A stretch of 64,000 bases of DNA from a virus, in IMG/VR virus record IMGVR_UViG_3300031952_000010, positions 27,512-91,511 of that record; one strand, 5' to 3'. Positions 9,740 through 20,688 of this stretch are shown here, piece after piece (position 1 is the stretch's first letter; every line of letters starts with the position of its first letter). The notes beneath the pieces are model-generated. The model was given only the letters and a program-made list of their open reading frames with translations. It was not told the DNA's origin and searched no databases. The translations under genes and the position numbers were made by a program.

Positions 9740-10714
9740 ATGTTAAGTAATCAACAAATAGAAAAAATAAATACGACCATTTCCAACAAGGCATTCAATT
9801 ACCAAGGGGAGATACTCAATGGTGTTGATACAAAAGTGAATATTGACTTTAAGATTGAGTTTTTAGGGTACAAAGAAATGATTAGTGTTGGTGAATATTA
9901 CAATTACTTAAAAGTGGGTATTACTATTGTTGAGTTAAATGACCCATTATCAAAATTAATTTTTTCAGGGGATAAAAATGATAACTTAATGGATTGGAAG
10001 GTTTTCTTTAAGGCCAGTTTATATTATTTTTATTCTAGTTTAGAATCTTATATTTCTTCAGTTATTAAAATGTTTGATAGTGAAGATAGTAGAATTACTA
10101 TTTGGGATATTAAATTAGATTTAGAAAAAGAAAAACCAAAAATGAATGAAGGTAGAATGAGTAGAGTTGCTTTAAAAACAGTAGTTAGAGATATTATATA
10201 TAAAGTTAAAGAAGGTAAGAAAGGTTTCTTTTATTTACCTAAAGAAGATGATTCATATGAATTCACCAATTTACCATTTTCTTTTGATGTGGAGTTAACA
10301 TTAAAAACTAGTGGTAACATTAAAGATTATCAAATGAATGGTTATTACTCACCTGAGGATGAAGTAGTTGAGATTATTATAATATTTAACCCTAAAAGAT
10401 TTAAAGAATATGCTTATAATTTAATTGGTGAATTAAATGAGGTGTTGGCTCACGAATTGGAACATGGTCATCAGAATTATAGAGGTGAATTTGAGAATAG
10501 AAACGATGCCGACACTAAAGAGTCTTTAGTTTATTACACCCAAGAACATGAAATACCCGCACAATATGCAGGATTTAAAAGACTTGCTAAATTAAGGAAA
10601 GAACCACTTAGTTCTATTGTTAATGATTGGTTTAGAACTCACAAAGATATTCACGGTTTAACCGATGATGAAGAAAAAATAGTAATAGATAAGATTTTAA
10701 ATTTTAAAAGATAA
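9740..10714 (+). CDS. Hypothetical protein with HExxH zincin-like motif
   Basis: LAHELEHGHQ...EIPAQ. Confidence 0.6.
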   Translation: MLSNQQIEKINTTISNKAFNYQGEILNGVDTKVNIDFKIEFLGYKEMISVGEYYNYLKVGITIVELNDPLSKLIFSGDKNDNLMDWKVFFKASLYYFYSSLESYISSVIKMFDSEDSRITIWDIKLDLEKEKPKMNEGRMSRVALKTVVRDIIYKVKEGKKGFFYLPKEDDSYEFTNLPFSFDVELTLKTSGNIKDYQMNGYYSPEDEVVEIIIIFNPKRFKEYAYNLIGELNEVLAHELEHGHQNYRGEFENRNDADTKESLVYYTQEHEIPAQYAGFKRLAKLRKEPLSSIVNDWFRTHKDIHGLTDDEEKIVIDKILNFKR

Positions 10715-10720
10715 TTATCT

Positions 10721-11356
10721 TTAGTTTTTTTCCTTAAAAACTCTAATTAATTTAGAGAACAACTCTTTCACAACAATACCTGATACAGTTAAAACACCAA
10801 AAGAGGATAATCTAATTGCGATTTCTTTAGCGTCACCTGTTTTAAATGCCCCTGAAATAACTGCACTATAAACAATAGGTATTAATGGGATAATGAATGC
10901 GTAACTCATTATATTAGTGACTGAATGTAATGTGATGTTTAACCCATCCATAAAATCAACAAAAGTACTTTTTAATTGATTTGCTTTATTTAAACTTGTT
11001 TTAAATTCTTCAGACAATCCCTCAGATTTAATTCTCTCTAATATTTTTCGAATCATTTCTTTATTGTTCATATAGAACGTCGCAATAATTCCTGTTAATA
11101 TTAGACTCATTTCCACATCAGAAACATTAGGGAATCTACCAGATATAAACTCATTTAAAGGGCCAATAAACCCCCCGATACTTGCCCCCCATGTAAATAA
11201 GAATTCAAAATTCATACCCATTTGTTGTGACGACATTTTCAAAACGTCTTTAACAAATTTATAGTTTTGTTTAACCATATCACCGAATTCGTCATTAACG
11301 GATTCTCGTAATATAATTCTTTTTTGATTTTCGTTTATTAATAAAGTAGCACTCAT
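10721..11356 (-). CDS. Membrane protein
   Basis: Several hydrophobic helices; N-terminal LLINENQKRIILRES. Confidence 0.65.
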   Translation of the reverse strand: MSATLLINENQKRIILRESVNDEFGDMVKQNYKFVKDVLKMSSQQMGMNFEFLFTWGASIGGFIGPLNEFISGRFPNVSDVEMSLILTGIIATFYMNNKEMIRKILERIKSEGLSEEFKTSLNKANQLKSTFVDFMDGLNITLHSVTNIMSYAFIIPLIPIVYSAVISGAFKTGDAKEIAIRLSSFGVLTVSGIVVKELFSKLIRVFKEKN

Positions 11357-11408
11357 ACAACAATAAATACTTTGATTATATTTATTATTAAATTGAATTA
11401 TAAATTTT

Positions 11409-12017
11409 ATGATTAATCCTGAGTTATATGCTGGTGATAGAGTAGTTGTCCTACATATGGATGATGAATTTTCTGCGGTACCTATTGGAACTGCTGGAAC
11501 GGTTAAATCTCATACTAAGGTATTTGGAGGTGACCTATATTATGTGAAATGGGATAATGGTAGTTCTTTAGCTTTGCTTGGTGATGTTGATATTTGGGAT
11601 ACTGAAGAAAGTATGATTGCCAAGAGGACAATTAAAAAGAAGGTTGTTGAAGGCGAGTATGAAAGAAATATTAATTTATTAAAAAATATTGATGTATTTA
11701 AGAACTTTAATATGAAATTCTTACAAAAGTACTTGTTGGCCGTTAGGGAATCCAGTATTGTTAATATGTTTGCGGCATCCGATTACCTATGGTTAGGTCG
11801 AGAAAGAATTGAACATGAATTCAAATACAAAGACATACACAACGAAGACGCATTTGAACAAGTATTAGAAATGGCCGACAAAGCACAATCAGAAATGGTA
11901 CAAGGTGTTATGAAAATTCTTGAAAACGAAGGTAAGGAAGTTAGTTTAGAAAATGTTAACCGAAATATTAAAAGGTACGCATCTAAAGTTCTTCAGAATT
12001 ACATGATGTTATTTTAA
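11409..12017 (+). CDS. Hypothetical protein with DUF4314-like N-terminus
   Basis: GDRV...PIGTAGTV...VKWDNGSSLAL. Confidence 0.6.
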   Translation: MINPELYAGDRVVVLHMDDEFSAVPIGTAGTVKSHTKVFGGDLYYVKWDNGSSLALLGDVDIWDTEESMIAKRTIKKKVVEGEYERNINLLKNIDVFKNFNMKFLQKYLLAVRESSIVNMFAASDYLWLGRERIEHEFKYKDIHNEDAFEQVLEMADKAQSEMVQGVMKILENEGKEVSLENVNRNIKRYASKVLQNYMMLF

Positions 12018-12299
12018 TTCAAATTCCCAAACATCATCTTTCATAACAGGGTTAACAAACAAATCTAAAAAAACTGCGTTTTGTTCACCAGCGTGTAAAC
12101 CTATTATATTGTAATCATAAAATTCTTCAGCTTCACCCATAGTCATTAAGTCTCTCTCTTGGAGTATATCTAAGATTATTTGTTTTGAATAAAGAATTCT
12201 TCTACCGTTACCAAATTCCTCAACAATTCCAATTATTGCACTCTCTAAACCATCTAAAAGGATGGCACCTTCTGCGTATTCGTCTATATCTACTATCAT
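12009..12299 (-). CDS. Hypothetical phage protein
   Basis: LDGLESAIIG...EAEEFYDYNIIG. Confidence 0.7.
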   Translation of the reverse strand: MIVDIDEYAEGAILLDGLESAIIGIVEEFGNGRRILYSKQIILDILQERDLMTMGEAEEFYDYNIIGLHAGEQNAVFLDLFVNPVMKDDVWEFELK

Positions 12300-12359
12300 A
12301 TTATAATGATACTAAAAATATTTACTCCAATCAATATATTTATAAGGAAAACAATAACT

Positions 12360-12941
12360 ATGAACGCATATTTTTTTAAAATGACAAACGAAGAGAAAAC
12401 TAACATTCTTGACCAACATAAAGAAGTTTATGATGGGTATGTTACAAACTACTCTCAACCAAATACTCAACCTTTATATGTACAAGATTTTGCTAACGAT
12501 AAAGAAGGTATAACGGTTAACAATAAAGGCGTTGTTAGTACTTACAAAAACATGGGTATTAATGAACAATCTCATATATCCCCAGGTTCTGCTTACGAAG
12601 GTGAAGATACTTTTGAAAGTGAAGAAGAGGAAGAAGGATACATGGTAAGTGTTGGAGAACAGTTAGATATGATTGGTGACGGAGAAGATGATTTATCTCA
12701 GGGTACTTTCGATATTGATGATGAAGAGGAAACTCAATTTTTAGTTAGCCCTGAAGATGATATTGAACTTGATGATTATAAAGACAGAAGTATGTATGAC
12801 CCATATTATGGTGATGAGGATGAAAGTGATTTTGAAGAAGATTTATTCGGTGAAGACTTTGATGATGAAGAAAAAGGTGACATAGCCTTTAAGATTCACG
12901 AATCATTAGATATGTTTAATAGAATAAAAAAATATAACTAA
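12360..12941 (+). CDS. Highly acidic hypothetical protein
   Basis: ORF track 12306..12941; ATG 12360 follows TATTTAT; ends ESLDMFNRIKKYN. Confidence 0.65.
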   Translation: MNAYFFKMTNEEKTNILDQHKEVYDGYVTNYSQPNTQPLYVQDFANDKEGITVNNKGVVSTYKNMGINEQSHISPGSAYEGEDTFESEEEEEGYMVSVGEQLDMIGDGEDDLSQGTFDIDDEEETQFLVSPEDDIELDDYKDRSMYDPYYGDEDESDFEEDLFGEDFDDEEKGDIAFKIHESLDMFNRIKKYN

Positions 12942-13002
12942 TTTTGTCTTTTCATAAAAAATAAGATATTTCTTTGTTATAAACTAAATTAAACATTAGA
13001 AC

Positions 13003-13332
13003 ATGGAAATTAAAGAATTGGTTTCGTTTTTTATAAATGAATCATCGGAAACTTTAGAAATTACTTTTAGGTTGACGATTGACAGTGAAGACGAGATTAG
13101 AACAGACCAAATACAAATAAGTGAGACTCAATCATTTGGGTATAACTTTGAAAAATTTAAAATAAGTCCTTTAAGAGATTTATTCGAAGAGGATGAAGAT
13201 GAGGACGGATTTGAAAGTTTATTCGATGACGATGATTTTGAAGACCCATTAGATGAAGATGAGATTATGTCTTTTTTGAATGAATATTACTTAATCTACC
13301 CAAAGAAATTACCTACCGCAGAATTTTTTTAA
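13003..13332 (+). CDS. Acidic hypothetical protein
   Basis: 109-aa ORF followed by a terminator hairpin. Confidence 0.65.
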   Translation: MEIKELVSFFINESSETLEITFRLTIDSEDEIRTDQIQISETQSFGYNFEKFKISPLRDLFEEDEDEDGFESLFDDDDFEDPLDEDEIMSFLNEYYLIYPKKLPTAEFF

Positions 13333-13395
13333 AATAACTACCCCCTTAATTGGGGGTTTTTTGTTTTAGAAGTATTTATAATTAAAATAAAAATT

Positions 13396-13680
13396 ATGTC
13401 GGAAAATACAACTCCAGTTTCAGGATTCGCTGACACATTCTTATCTAAACTAAAAGAACAATCATTTACCATTATAGTTATGGTGGGTATTATTTGGTAT
13501 CAAGGTAAAATGATGGAAGAACGAGTTTCTTATTGGCAAAAATTATATGAAGAAAAAGAAGCATATATAGAACAAACCACAAAGGAGGACAGGGAAGATT
13601 TATTAGAAAGAATTAAATATCTTCAAGACCAACGAGACAAGTATGTTGAGGACGCAATTAATGAATTAAAAGAAAAATGA
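13396..13680 (+). CDS. Small membrane plus coiled-coil protein
   Basis: FTIIVMVGIIWY followed by a charged helix; 4-nt overlap with the PAS gene. Confidence 0.65.
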   Translation: MSENTTPVSGFADTFLSKLKEQSFTIIVMVGIIWYQGKMMEERVSYWQKLYEEKEAYIEQTTKEDREDLLERIKYLQDQRDKYVEDAINELKEK

Positions 13681-14786
13681 AAAATCTACCTAAAGAAGAG
13701 CTACTAAGCAGACTTGAAGCAATTAATAGAAGTAACGCTATTATCTACTTTGACCTTAACGGAATTATATTAGGGGTTAATGATATTTTTTTAGAAGCAA
13801 TGGGCTATGGTAAAGGTAACCATGAAGATTTAGTTGGAAAGCACCATAGTATTTTTGTATGTGATGACTATGCAAGAACACTTGAGTATGAAAAGTTTTG
13901 GGATATCTTAAGAAGCGGTAGGTACTATCAAGGCGAGTTTGAAAGAAGAAAAAAGGATGGTACTCTTATTAATCTTCAAGCAACTTACAATCCTATTTTT
14001 GATGAAGAGGGTAAGATTACTAAAATAATGAAGATTGCCACTGATATTAGTTTAATTGTTAATAGCCAAAAACAAATAGAGGCAATCAATAGAAGTACTG
14101 CTCTCATAAGTTTTAACCTTGATGGGTTCATAACAGAAGTTAATTCTATATTTTTAGAAACTATGGGATATACTGCTAATGAAAAATCTAAAGTCATCGG
14201 CAAACATCACAGTGTTTTTGTGAGTTATGAGTATTCAAAGTCTGATGATTATACTAAGTTTTGGGAAAGCTTGAAAAAAGGTAAATACTTTGATGGGATT
14301 TTTGAAAGAAAAAAAGTAGATGGCTCTACTGTTTATCTTCAAGCATCTTACAATCCTGTGTTAGATAGTAAAGGAAATATCACTGATGTAGTTAAAATTG
14401 CAACTGATGTTACTGAGTCTGTAAACAATAAGAAAAAAATAGATGACTTAACAAAGAATTTGACAATTGAGCTAAATAATTCAGAAAAACTTAAGAACTC
14501 AATAGAGATAGAAAAGAACGCAGCATTGAATGACTTAGACATAGTGATGAAAAAAAGTCAATCTGAGCTAATAAAAACAATTGTAAAGGTTGCATTGTCC
14601 GTTATCATTGGTGTAGGTGTTGTAACAACTATGTTATATTGGATGGCTATGGTTACAGGTAAAGACACACAAATTATAGGTTCTACTTGGAGTAATATGT
14701 TTAGTGTACTACTAACAAACGCGTTTTCAATAGTCGGTACAATTATGGGTATTAAGTATGCAACGCAAGATGGAAAAAAACAATAA
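13677..14786 (+). CDS. Tandem PAS-domain protein with coiled coil and two C-terminal TM helices
   Basis: Two repeats of AINRS.A.I.F.L.G.I..VN.IFLE.MGY...GKHHS.FV...FW..L..G....G.FER...DG....LQA.YNP..D..G.IT...KIATD (BdlA/MCP-type PAS). Confidence 0.9.
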   Translation: MKNLPKEELLSRLEAINRSNAIIYFDLNGIILGVNDIFLEAMGYGKGNHEDLVGKHHSIFVCDDYARTLEYEKFWDILRSGRYYQGEFERRKKDGTLINLQATYNPIFDEEGKITKIMKIATDISLIVNSQKQIEAINRSTALISFNLDGFITEVNSIFLETMGYTANEKSKVIGKHHSVFVSYEYSKSDDYTKFWESLKKGKYFDGIFERKKVDGSTVYLQASYNPVLDSKGNITDVVKIATDVTESVNNKKKIDDLTKNLTIELNNSEKLKNSIEIEKNAALNDLDIVMKKSQSELIKTIVKVALSVIIGVGVVTTMLYWMAMVTGKDTQIIGSTWSNMFSVLLTNAFSIVGTIMGIKYATQDGKKQ

Positions 14787-14809
14787 ATGAATTAAAAGAT
14801 AAATAAATT

Positions 14810-15754
14810 ATGAAAAAACACGCACACATTAAACACAACGAAACCGCAGAAACACATTCAGATGAAACTTCTGGCGGAGCATCAATTGATAACACAACTA
14901 CTGCATCCGCAGGTGTATCAACGGGAGATGAAAACGCATCAATAGGTATTGAGGCGTCAGTTAAAAGTGGAACCGAGGCATCTGTAGAAGGAGGATTAGA
15001 CGGTAATAATGTTTATGTAGAAGCAAACTACTCAGATACAACTGAGGCTCATGTAACAGTAGAAGGTCAAGCCAATGCGGAAGGATTTGGAGTTAGTGGT
15101 ACTGTTGACGCTTATGTTAAAACAGGAAATGAAGCGAGTTTAGAAGTAAGAGCTGGTGATGAAGGAGTCGTTGCGAACGGGGAACTATCTTCAGGAAGTT
15201 CAGTTGGTGTAGATGGTGAAGGAACATTAGATTTGAGAGAAGGTTCTGTAACCGCAGGTGCAGGGGTATCAGTTGGAGAACAAGTTGGTATCGGTGGTGG
15301 TGGTGAAGCTACTTTGGTAGATGGAGTTGCAACCGTAGGAGTTAGTGGTGAAGTGGCGGTTTTACTTGGTGTTGATGTTGATTTAAGTGTTAGTATTGAT
15401 ACAAACCAAATTGCAGAAGACGCTAAATTAGCCGCGGAACAATCAGAACGTGCGGCGGCAGAAGCTCAAGAATTGGCTGAATTAACACGAAAAGAAACTG
15501 AACGACTTGCGGCAATCGCCCAAGAAGAAACTGAAAGAAAAGCGAAAGAGGCTCAGGAAGAATTTGATAGACAAGCGAAAGCGGCTAAAGAAGAAAGTGA
15601 TAGATTGGCGAGAATTGCACAGGAAGAACTTGACAGACAGGCGAGAGCGGCACAGGAAGAACTTGACAGACAAGCGAGAGCGGCACAAGACGCACTTAAT
15701 AACGCGGCAAGAGAAGCTGAAAAATCAAAATGGAATCCTAAAAATTGGTTTTAA
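14810..15754 (+). CDS. Gly/Val-rich beta-strand protein with C-terminal coiled-coil repeats
   Basis: Alternating beta pattern; AQEELDRQARA repeats; ends WNPKNWF. Confidence 0.7.
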   Translation: MKKHAHIKHNETAETHSDETSGGASIDNTTTASAGVSTGDENASIGIEASVKSGTEASVEGGLDGNNVYVEANYSDTTEAHVTVEGQANAEGFGVSGTVDAYVKTGNEASLEVRAGDEGVVANGELSSGSSVGVDGEGTLDLREGSVTAGAGVSVGEQVGIGGGGEATLVDGVATVGVSGEVAVLLGVDVDLSVSIDTNQIAEDAKLAAEQSERAAAEAQELAELTRKETERLAAIAQEETERKAKEAQEEFDRQAKAAKEESDRLARIAQEELDRQARAAQEELDRQARAAQDALNNAAREAEKSKWNPKNWF

Positions 15755-15760
15755 AAAAAT

Positions 15761-16012
15761 ATGAGAACAGACGTTGATTATATAATTTCTTTAATGAAAG
15801 AATTCACCCCTAATAGTTCTAAGAATGAAATAGGGGAACAGGACGCTGCCCCCGCAGCGGGGGCAACTTCTTCAGGTGGGGGTAATTCACCATCCACTTG
15901 GTCTGACATTGTTGGGTCAAAACTTACCCGAGGTAAGGCAAATAAGTTAGGTAGGTCAGGTGAAAAATGGGAATCAGGTTTAACCCGAGGTCCTGCTAAT
16001 CAATTGAAGTAA
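15761..16012 (+). CDS. Hypothetical protein
   Basis: Internal duplication W...LTRG.AN.L. Confidence 0.6.
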   Translation: MRTDVDYIISLMKEFTPNSSKNEIGEQDAAPAAGATSSGGGNSPSTWSDIVGSKLTRGKANKLGRSGEKWESGLTRGPANQLK

Positions 16013-16071
16013 TACTTTATTGTAATAATAAACTATTTATCATTAATAAGATATTTATAGAAAAATAAAAA

Positions 16072-17517
16072 ATGGAAAAATTAGTCTTTGAAGGGATTTC
16101 CCACAACCTACAATATGTTTTTACTAACAGAGGGGTTTCAAGAATTTCGGAACAATTAAACGATTTAAACGGTAAGAATTATGTTTCTTATACCCATAAC
16201 AACTTAAATGTTGCTATAGATATAATGAAAGAGAATACCGAATTTAAATTTAAAACAGGTAAGTTAGACCTTGTAGAATATGCCGCAGCCCCGAGAAGAT
16301 TCCTAAATAATATTATTGAAATATTTCAACCTGAGAATTCCATATCTTTAATTAAAGAGTGGGAAACTATTTTTGGTGGTGATTTATTATTAATTAACGA
16401 ATCTGTTGATAGTTTAATAGTTGAATCAAGAATTAACGAATCATGGGAGTCATTCAAGATTCTTTTAGAACAATGGTATAATCCTGCCGATTGGGCTAGA
16501 GGAATTGCTAAAGGTGCTGAGAACGTTTATAATTACGGTAAAGAAAAAGTACAACAATTTAAAAAATGGGGTGGAGAACAAGTAAAACAAATACAACAAA
16601 AAGGTATTTGGAATTACGCTAAAGAAAAAGGTGCCGCTCTTTGGGACACCGTTAAAAATGCCGTTAAATCCGCATATAAATGTTTATCAAATAATTTTGT
16701 TGAGTGTTTAATGGAGGGTATTAGAGGAGCGGTTATGTCAGCTGGTGGAGTTGCGGTATTAACAGGTATATCTATGATTCCCGCTATTGGTCAAATACCG
16801 ACAGTTATTATTTTTGGGGCATTACTTCTTTGGGATTTATATAAAATGATGAGTGGTAAATATGAATCGGGGGAATATCAATGGTCTGTTATGGATATTG
16901 TAATTGACGCTATTTCATTATTATTACCTGCCTTGGGTAAAGTTGTTAAAGCAGCAACCATGGGGATTAAAAGTTTTGCTAGTTTAGGTAAAGCTGCGGT
17001 TTCTAAAGGAGGAGTATTATTAAAAGTATTTAACGCCATTAAAGGTGGAATAGTTAAATTGGGTGGTTATATAACACAAGCAGCTACTTGGTTAGGTGAG
17101 AAATTAGGAATGACCACATTAAAAAGTTGGGGGTCAAGAGCTACCTCTCAATTAAGTAAAATAACTGATGATATGGTTGCAGGTAGTGGAGGTAAAATCG
17201 CCACAAAAGCTTCAACCAAAATTAAACCTGTTAGTGTAGGCCAAAAAGTTAAAAGTGGTTTAAACAAAGCGTATAGACCTGATTTAGGTAAGGCAATTCC
17301 TGCTAAAGGTGTTATTGTTAAATCAGCAGGTAACGCATTTTTAGTTACAACGGCAATTTGTGCGGCGTTAGGATTAAATGGGGCAACATGTACCGAAAAA
17401 ATAGAAAATGGTGAAGTTACACCTGAACAATACGAGGCGGCAAAAAAACAAGCGGATATTGACATGTCTAATGCGATGGCTGCGGATGACAGTGGACTTG
17501 ACTTAATGGCACTTTAA
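16072..17517 (+). CDS. Putative virion-associated membrane protein
   Basis: 481 aa; INES/LLEQ motifs, hydrophobic Gly/Ala-rich hairpin; TATTTAT upstream. Confidence 0.55.
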   Translation: MEKLVFEGISHNLQYVFTNRGVSRISEQLNDLNGKNYVSYTHNNLNVAIDIMKENTEFKFKTGKLDLVEYAAAPRRFLNNIIEIFQPENSISLIKEWETIFGGDLLLINESVDSLIVESRINESWESFKILLEQWYNPADWARGIAKGAENVYNYGKEKVQQFKKWGGEQVKQIQQKGIWNYAKEKGAALWDTVKNAVKSAYKCLSNNFVECLMEGIRGAVMSAGGVAVLTGISMIPAIGQIPTVIIFGALLLWDLYKMMSGKYESGEYQWSVMDIVIDAISLLLPALGKVVKAATMGIKSFASLGKAAVSKGGVLLKVFNAIKGGIVKLGGYITQAATWLGEKLGMTTLKSWGSRATSQLSKITDDMVAGSGGKIATKASTKIKPVSVGQKVKSGLNKAYRPDLGKAIPAKGVIVKSAGNAFLVTTAICAALGLNGATCTEKIENGEVTPEQYEAAKKQADIDMSNAMAADDSGLDLMAL

Positions 17518-17531
17518 ATTAAATAAAAAAA

Positions 17532-18932
17532 ATGAAAATTATGAACAAAAATGAACAAATAATTGAATCTTTACATAGAGTTAAATTGTTAATGGGGTAT
17601 AAATCCACAATGACGTTAACTGAAAATGTTGAAAACCTAAAAGACTCTTTTATTAATGAGTCAATTATTATCACAGAAGGTGCAGGTAAACCTTTACTTA
17701 CGGCTTTATTTGGTGGTGTGGATGATGCGGTAAGAGCAGCCTCTATTTTGGCAAAAGACGCCAAATACGTTGCGGCAACAAAGTCTATTGACGATGCAAT
17801 TGCCGTTACAGGTAAAATAGCTCAAACTGATGGTAGGATACTAACAAAATCAAAGGATATTATCACGGCTATGGAGAAAGGGACTTTAAGTACTGCTGGG
17901 GTTAACCAATTAAAGGCAGGATTTTTAAAAAGTGGTAATCTTGGACCTGAACTTAGAAACACATTAGTTAATCAAGCCTCAGTTGACGCTAGAAATATTA
18001 AAGCTTTCCAAGGGATGACTCAGCAAGAAATAAAAGACGTATTAGTTAAAAAGGGGTTTAACACAGGAATTGCCGATGACATAGCAACACAAATACATCC
18101 TAAAGTTGGTGGTAAATTACCTGTCAAAGGTAATACAACAACTAAAGGTAAAACAAATGCTAAGGGTAAAAATACTACACCAGCAAGAAAAACTAGAGTA
18201 AAACCTGGCTCAAGAACTTACAAACCAGACCCAAGTAAAGTTACTGTTTGGGAAACTATCAAAGGTAGAATCGTGGGATTGACAAGAGGAAAAATATTTA
18301 AATATTTATTAATCGCTGGTGGTTTATACTTAGTATACAAATGGTGGACAGATGAAGGTTCTGCTCCGTTCCCTGATTGTATTTCAAAAAACATTCCTCA
18401 GGAAGATTTTGAAAAAATGGTTAGTGACGGTTTAGATTATGTCTTAATTACTGACACAGGAAATACAACTATTGACCAAAATGGTGGTGGTAGATTCTTT
18501 GATGATAAAAAATTCACAACAGGTAACGGTAAATATAGTGGAACTTGGAGTGAAAAAGATGGTGGTATAGTAATCTCTGTTAGTGGAACTGATTATTCTA
18601 TATCGTGTGAAGGTATGAGTGATAGTGATGACGATAATGATAATGGTGATGGTGGTGGTGATTCAGTAACTACTTATAGAGTATGTGACAGTTTCCCATT
18701 AACTAAAGGTTGTAAAGGTGGTAAAGTAAGTGAATTCCAAAAATGTATTGGAGTTAGTGCTGACGGTAAATTTGGACCTAAAACAGAACAAGGATTAAAA
18801 GATAAAGGACACGACATTATAGTAACTCAAGAGGTATACGATAAGATTCTTAAGAATTGTGGAAAAAGTAATAGTGACATCAATCCAAACGCACCTAAAC
18901 CTGATGCAGGTTCACCTGATGACGATAAATAA
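17532..18932 (+). CDS. Putative virion-associated protein with a TM helix and a C-terminal PG-binding-like domain
   Basis: YLLIAGGLYLVYKWW; GCKGGKVSEFQKCIGVSADGKFGPKTE. Confidence 0.6.
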   Translation: MKIMNKNEQIIESLHRVKLLMGYKSTMTLTENVENLKDSFINESIIITEGAGKPLLTALFGGVDDAVRAASILAKDAKYVAATKSIDDAIAVTGKIAQTDGRILTKSKDIITAMEKGTLSTAGVNQLKAGFLKSGNLGPELRNTLVNQASVDARNIKAFQGMTQQEIKDVLVKKGFNTGIADDIATQIHPKVGGKLPVKGNTTTKGKTNAKGKNTTPARKTRVKPGSRTYKPDPSKVTVWETIKGRIVGLTRGKIFKYLLIAGGLYLVYKWWTDEGSAPFPDCISKNIPQEDFEKMVSDGLDYVLITDTGNTTIDQNGGGRFFDDKKFTTGNGKYSGTWSEKDGGIVISVSGTDYSISCEGMSDSDDDNDNGDGGGDSVTTYRVCDSFPLTKGCKGGKVSEFQKCIGVSADGKFGPKTEQGLKDKGHDIIVTQEVYDKILKNCGKSNSDINPNAPKPDAGSPDDDK

Positions 18933-18945
18933 AACAAATACTATA

Positions 18946-20688
18946 ATGAAAAATAAAAATTTAATAAGAGAACAAGTTGAGGTGGCATGTTTACAAGCTT
19001 TCCCAAATAATAAAAATCTATTTACCGCGTGTGCAGCAGGATGTTTTACGGATAAAGCGTCAGGAACATTGTTTGCAAAACAAACAACAATTAAAGACGG
19101 CCCAAACGCAGGTGTTTACGCATATAAAGAATCGGTACAAAGTCCTGGAACATATTATTTCTATAAAGACAATATTGATATCACAACAGGTCTTGGTGGA
19201 ACTAAGTTAAAGGGTAATATGGATAAACAAGAACCTGCTGGTCAATGGCCATGTAGTTTGTTGACCAATATTATGGCGGCAACATTAAGTCCTAAAATTA
19301 AATTGGCGGTTGACGCATTAAAGGCGGCGACTAAATCTGAAATAGTTCCTTATCAAGACGTAACAGGTGCTGACACTATGAGTGGTAAATACAAGTTAAT
19401 GAAATTACAAGATGTACCACAAATTAAAGAAAGAAGTTTAGATTTATCTCCTGACTTGGCGGCAAGACAAGGTGATATCTTTGTATGGGTTTTACAACAA
19501 GGAAAGGTTCAATATCAAGGTAATAGAGCTGAAGAAATTATTTCAGGAATGACAAAAAATGGATGGACTGAAGGTAGATTACCCGCAGAACAAGCTGGAA
19601 CCGAAATTAACTTACAAACATCACCAATTGACACTGCTACAAAAGAACCTAAATACGCAGCAGAATTTAAATCACCATTTTACATGTATAAATTATACAG
19701 TGAAATGAAACCATCTGAGGTTTTAACTAGTATGAAAACTCAAGTTAAAAAAGCGGGAACAGACTATAGTAAAAGTAGTTGTAGAAAAACAATCAACAAC
19801 TATTATGACATTTATGATAAAGGTGGATTGAACATGTCTCAACAAGAGATTAACATATTCAAACCAATTGTTGCAACATGTATTAATAATAACCGTACAT
19901 CGTTTGGTGGTAATATGACGGATAAAATGAATACTGTTTGGAACGCAACACCTAAGAACGGTTTAACGTTTGAAGTAAAAAGTTCTATCCAACAAAAAGC
20001 TCAAAACGAATCTAACGAAATTAAATTGAAAAATATGATTAGAGAGAATTTAGTTAGTCTTTCTGAATCTAAACAAAAAACATTATTAGGTGAACAAAAT
20101 ATTATCACAACAAGATTTGGTATTATTAAAGAAAGTGGTAAACCTAAAAATAGAAGTCAAAGACTAAAATTAACAGATGAGTTAATTTCAGAAACATTTT
20201 ATTTAAATTCTCAAGGATTTAATAATGAATTAATTAATGAAGAATTTTTAGATGTTATTAAAGGTTTATTTGGTAATGCTGGTGAAGGAGTATTTAATTA
20301 TATTAAAGAAAGATTTGCAAGTTTTATTGTTACTAAGTTAACACCGATGGACCCTGATGGATGGGCAGCAAACATACTTATCACTGCAGTCGGTAACATT
20401 CCAATCGGAGATTATATGACAGGTAAAGTATTCAGTTGTGATTACATAAGTGATGTTTTATCTAAGTCTGTCGCTGAAGGAGCATTAAGAAAAGTACAAC
20501 ACGATAAAGGAATGGGTGGACCATTATATGACATATTAAGAAACGCGATTGTTGAATCGTTAGAAGACACCAAATTTGGTTCGGCTATTGAAAACGCAAT
20601 CGGTGATTTGGTTTGTCCTTTATTAGGGGGAATTCAGAGTAAAATGAATTTAGCGGGTGACGCTATGAAAGAGAAAGCACTAAGTTAA
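18946..20688 (+). CDS. Large hypothetical (putative virion-associated) protein
   Basis: ORF track 18859..20688; ATG 18946 follows the upstream stop. Confidence 0.6.
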   Translation: MKNKNLIREQVEVACLQAFPNNKNLFTACAAGCFTDKASGTLFAKQTTIKDGPNAGVYAYKESVQSPGTYYFYKDNIDITTGLGGTKLKGNMDKQEPAGQWPCSLLTNIMAATLSPKIKLAVDALKAATKSEIVPYQDVTGADTMSGKYKLMKLQDVPQIKERSLDLSPDLAARQGDIFVWVLQQGKVQYQGNRAEEIISGMTKNGWTEGRLPAEQAGTEINLQTSPIDTATKEPKYAAEFKSPFYMYKLYSEMKPSEVLTSMKTQVKKAGTDYSKSSCRKTINNYYDIYDKGGLNMSQQEINIFKPIVATCINNNRTSFGGNMTDKMNTVWNATPKNGLTFEVKSSIQQKAQNESNEIKLKNMIRENLVSLSESKQKTLLGEQNIITTRFGIIKESGKPKNRSQRLKLTDELISETFYLNSQGFNNELINEEFLDVIKGLFGNAGEGVFNYIKERFASFIVTKLTPMDPDGWAANILITAVGNIPIGDYMTGKVFSCDYISDVLSKSVAEGALRKVQHDKGMGGPLYDILRNAIVESLEDTKFGSAIENAIGDLVCPLLGGIQSKMNLAGDAMKEKALS

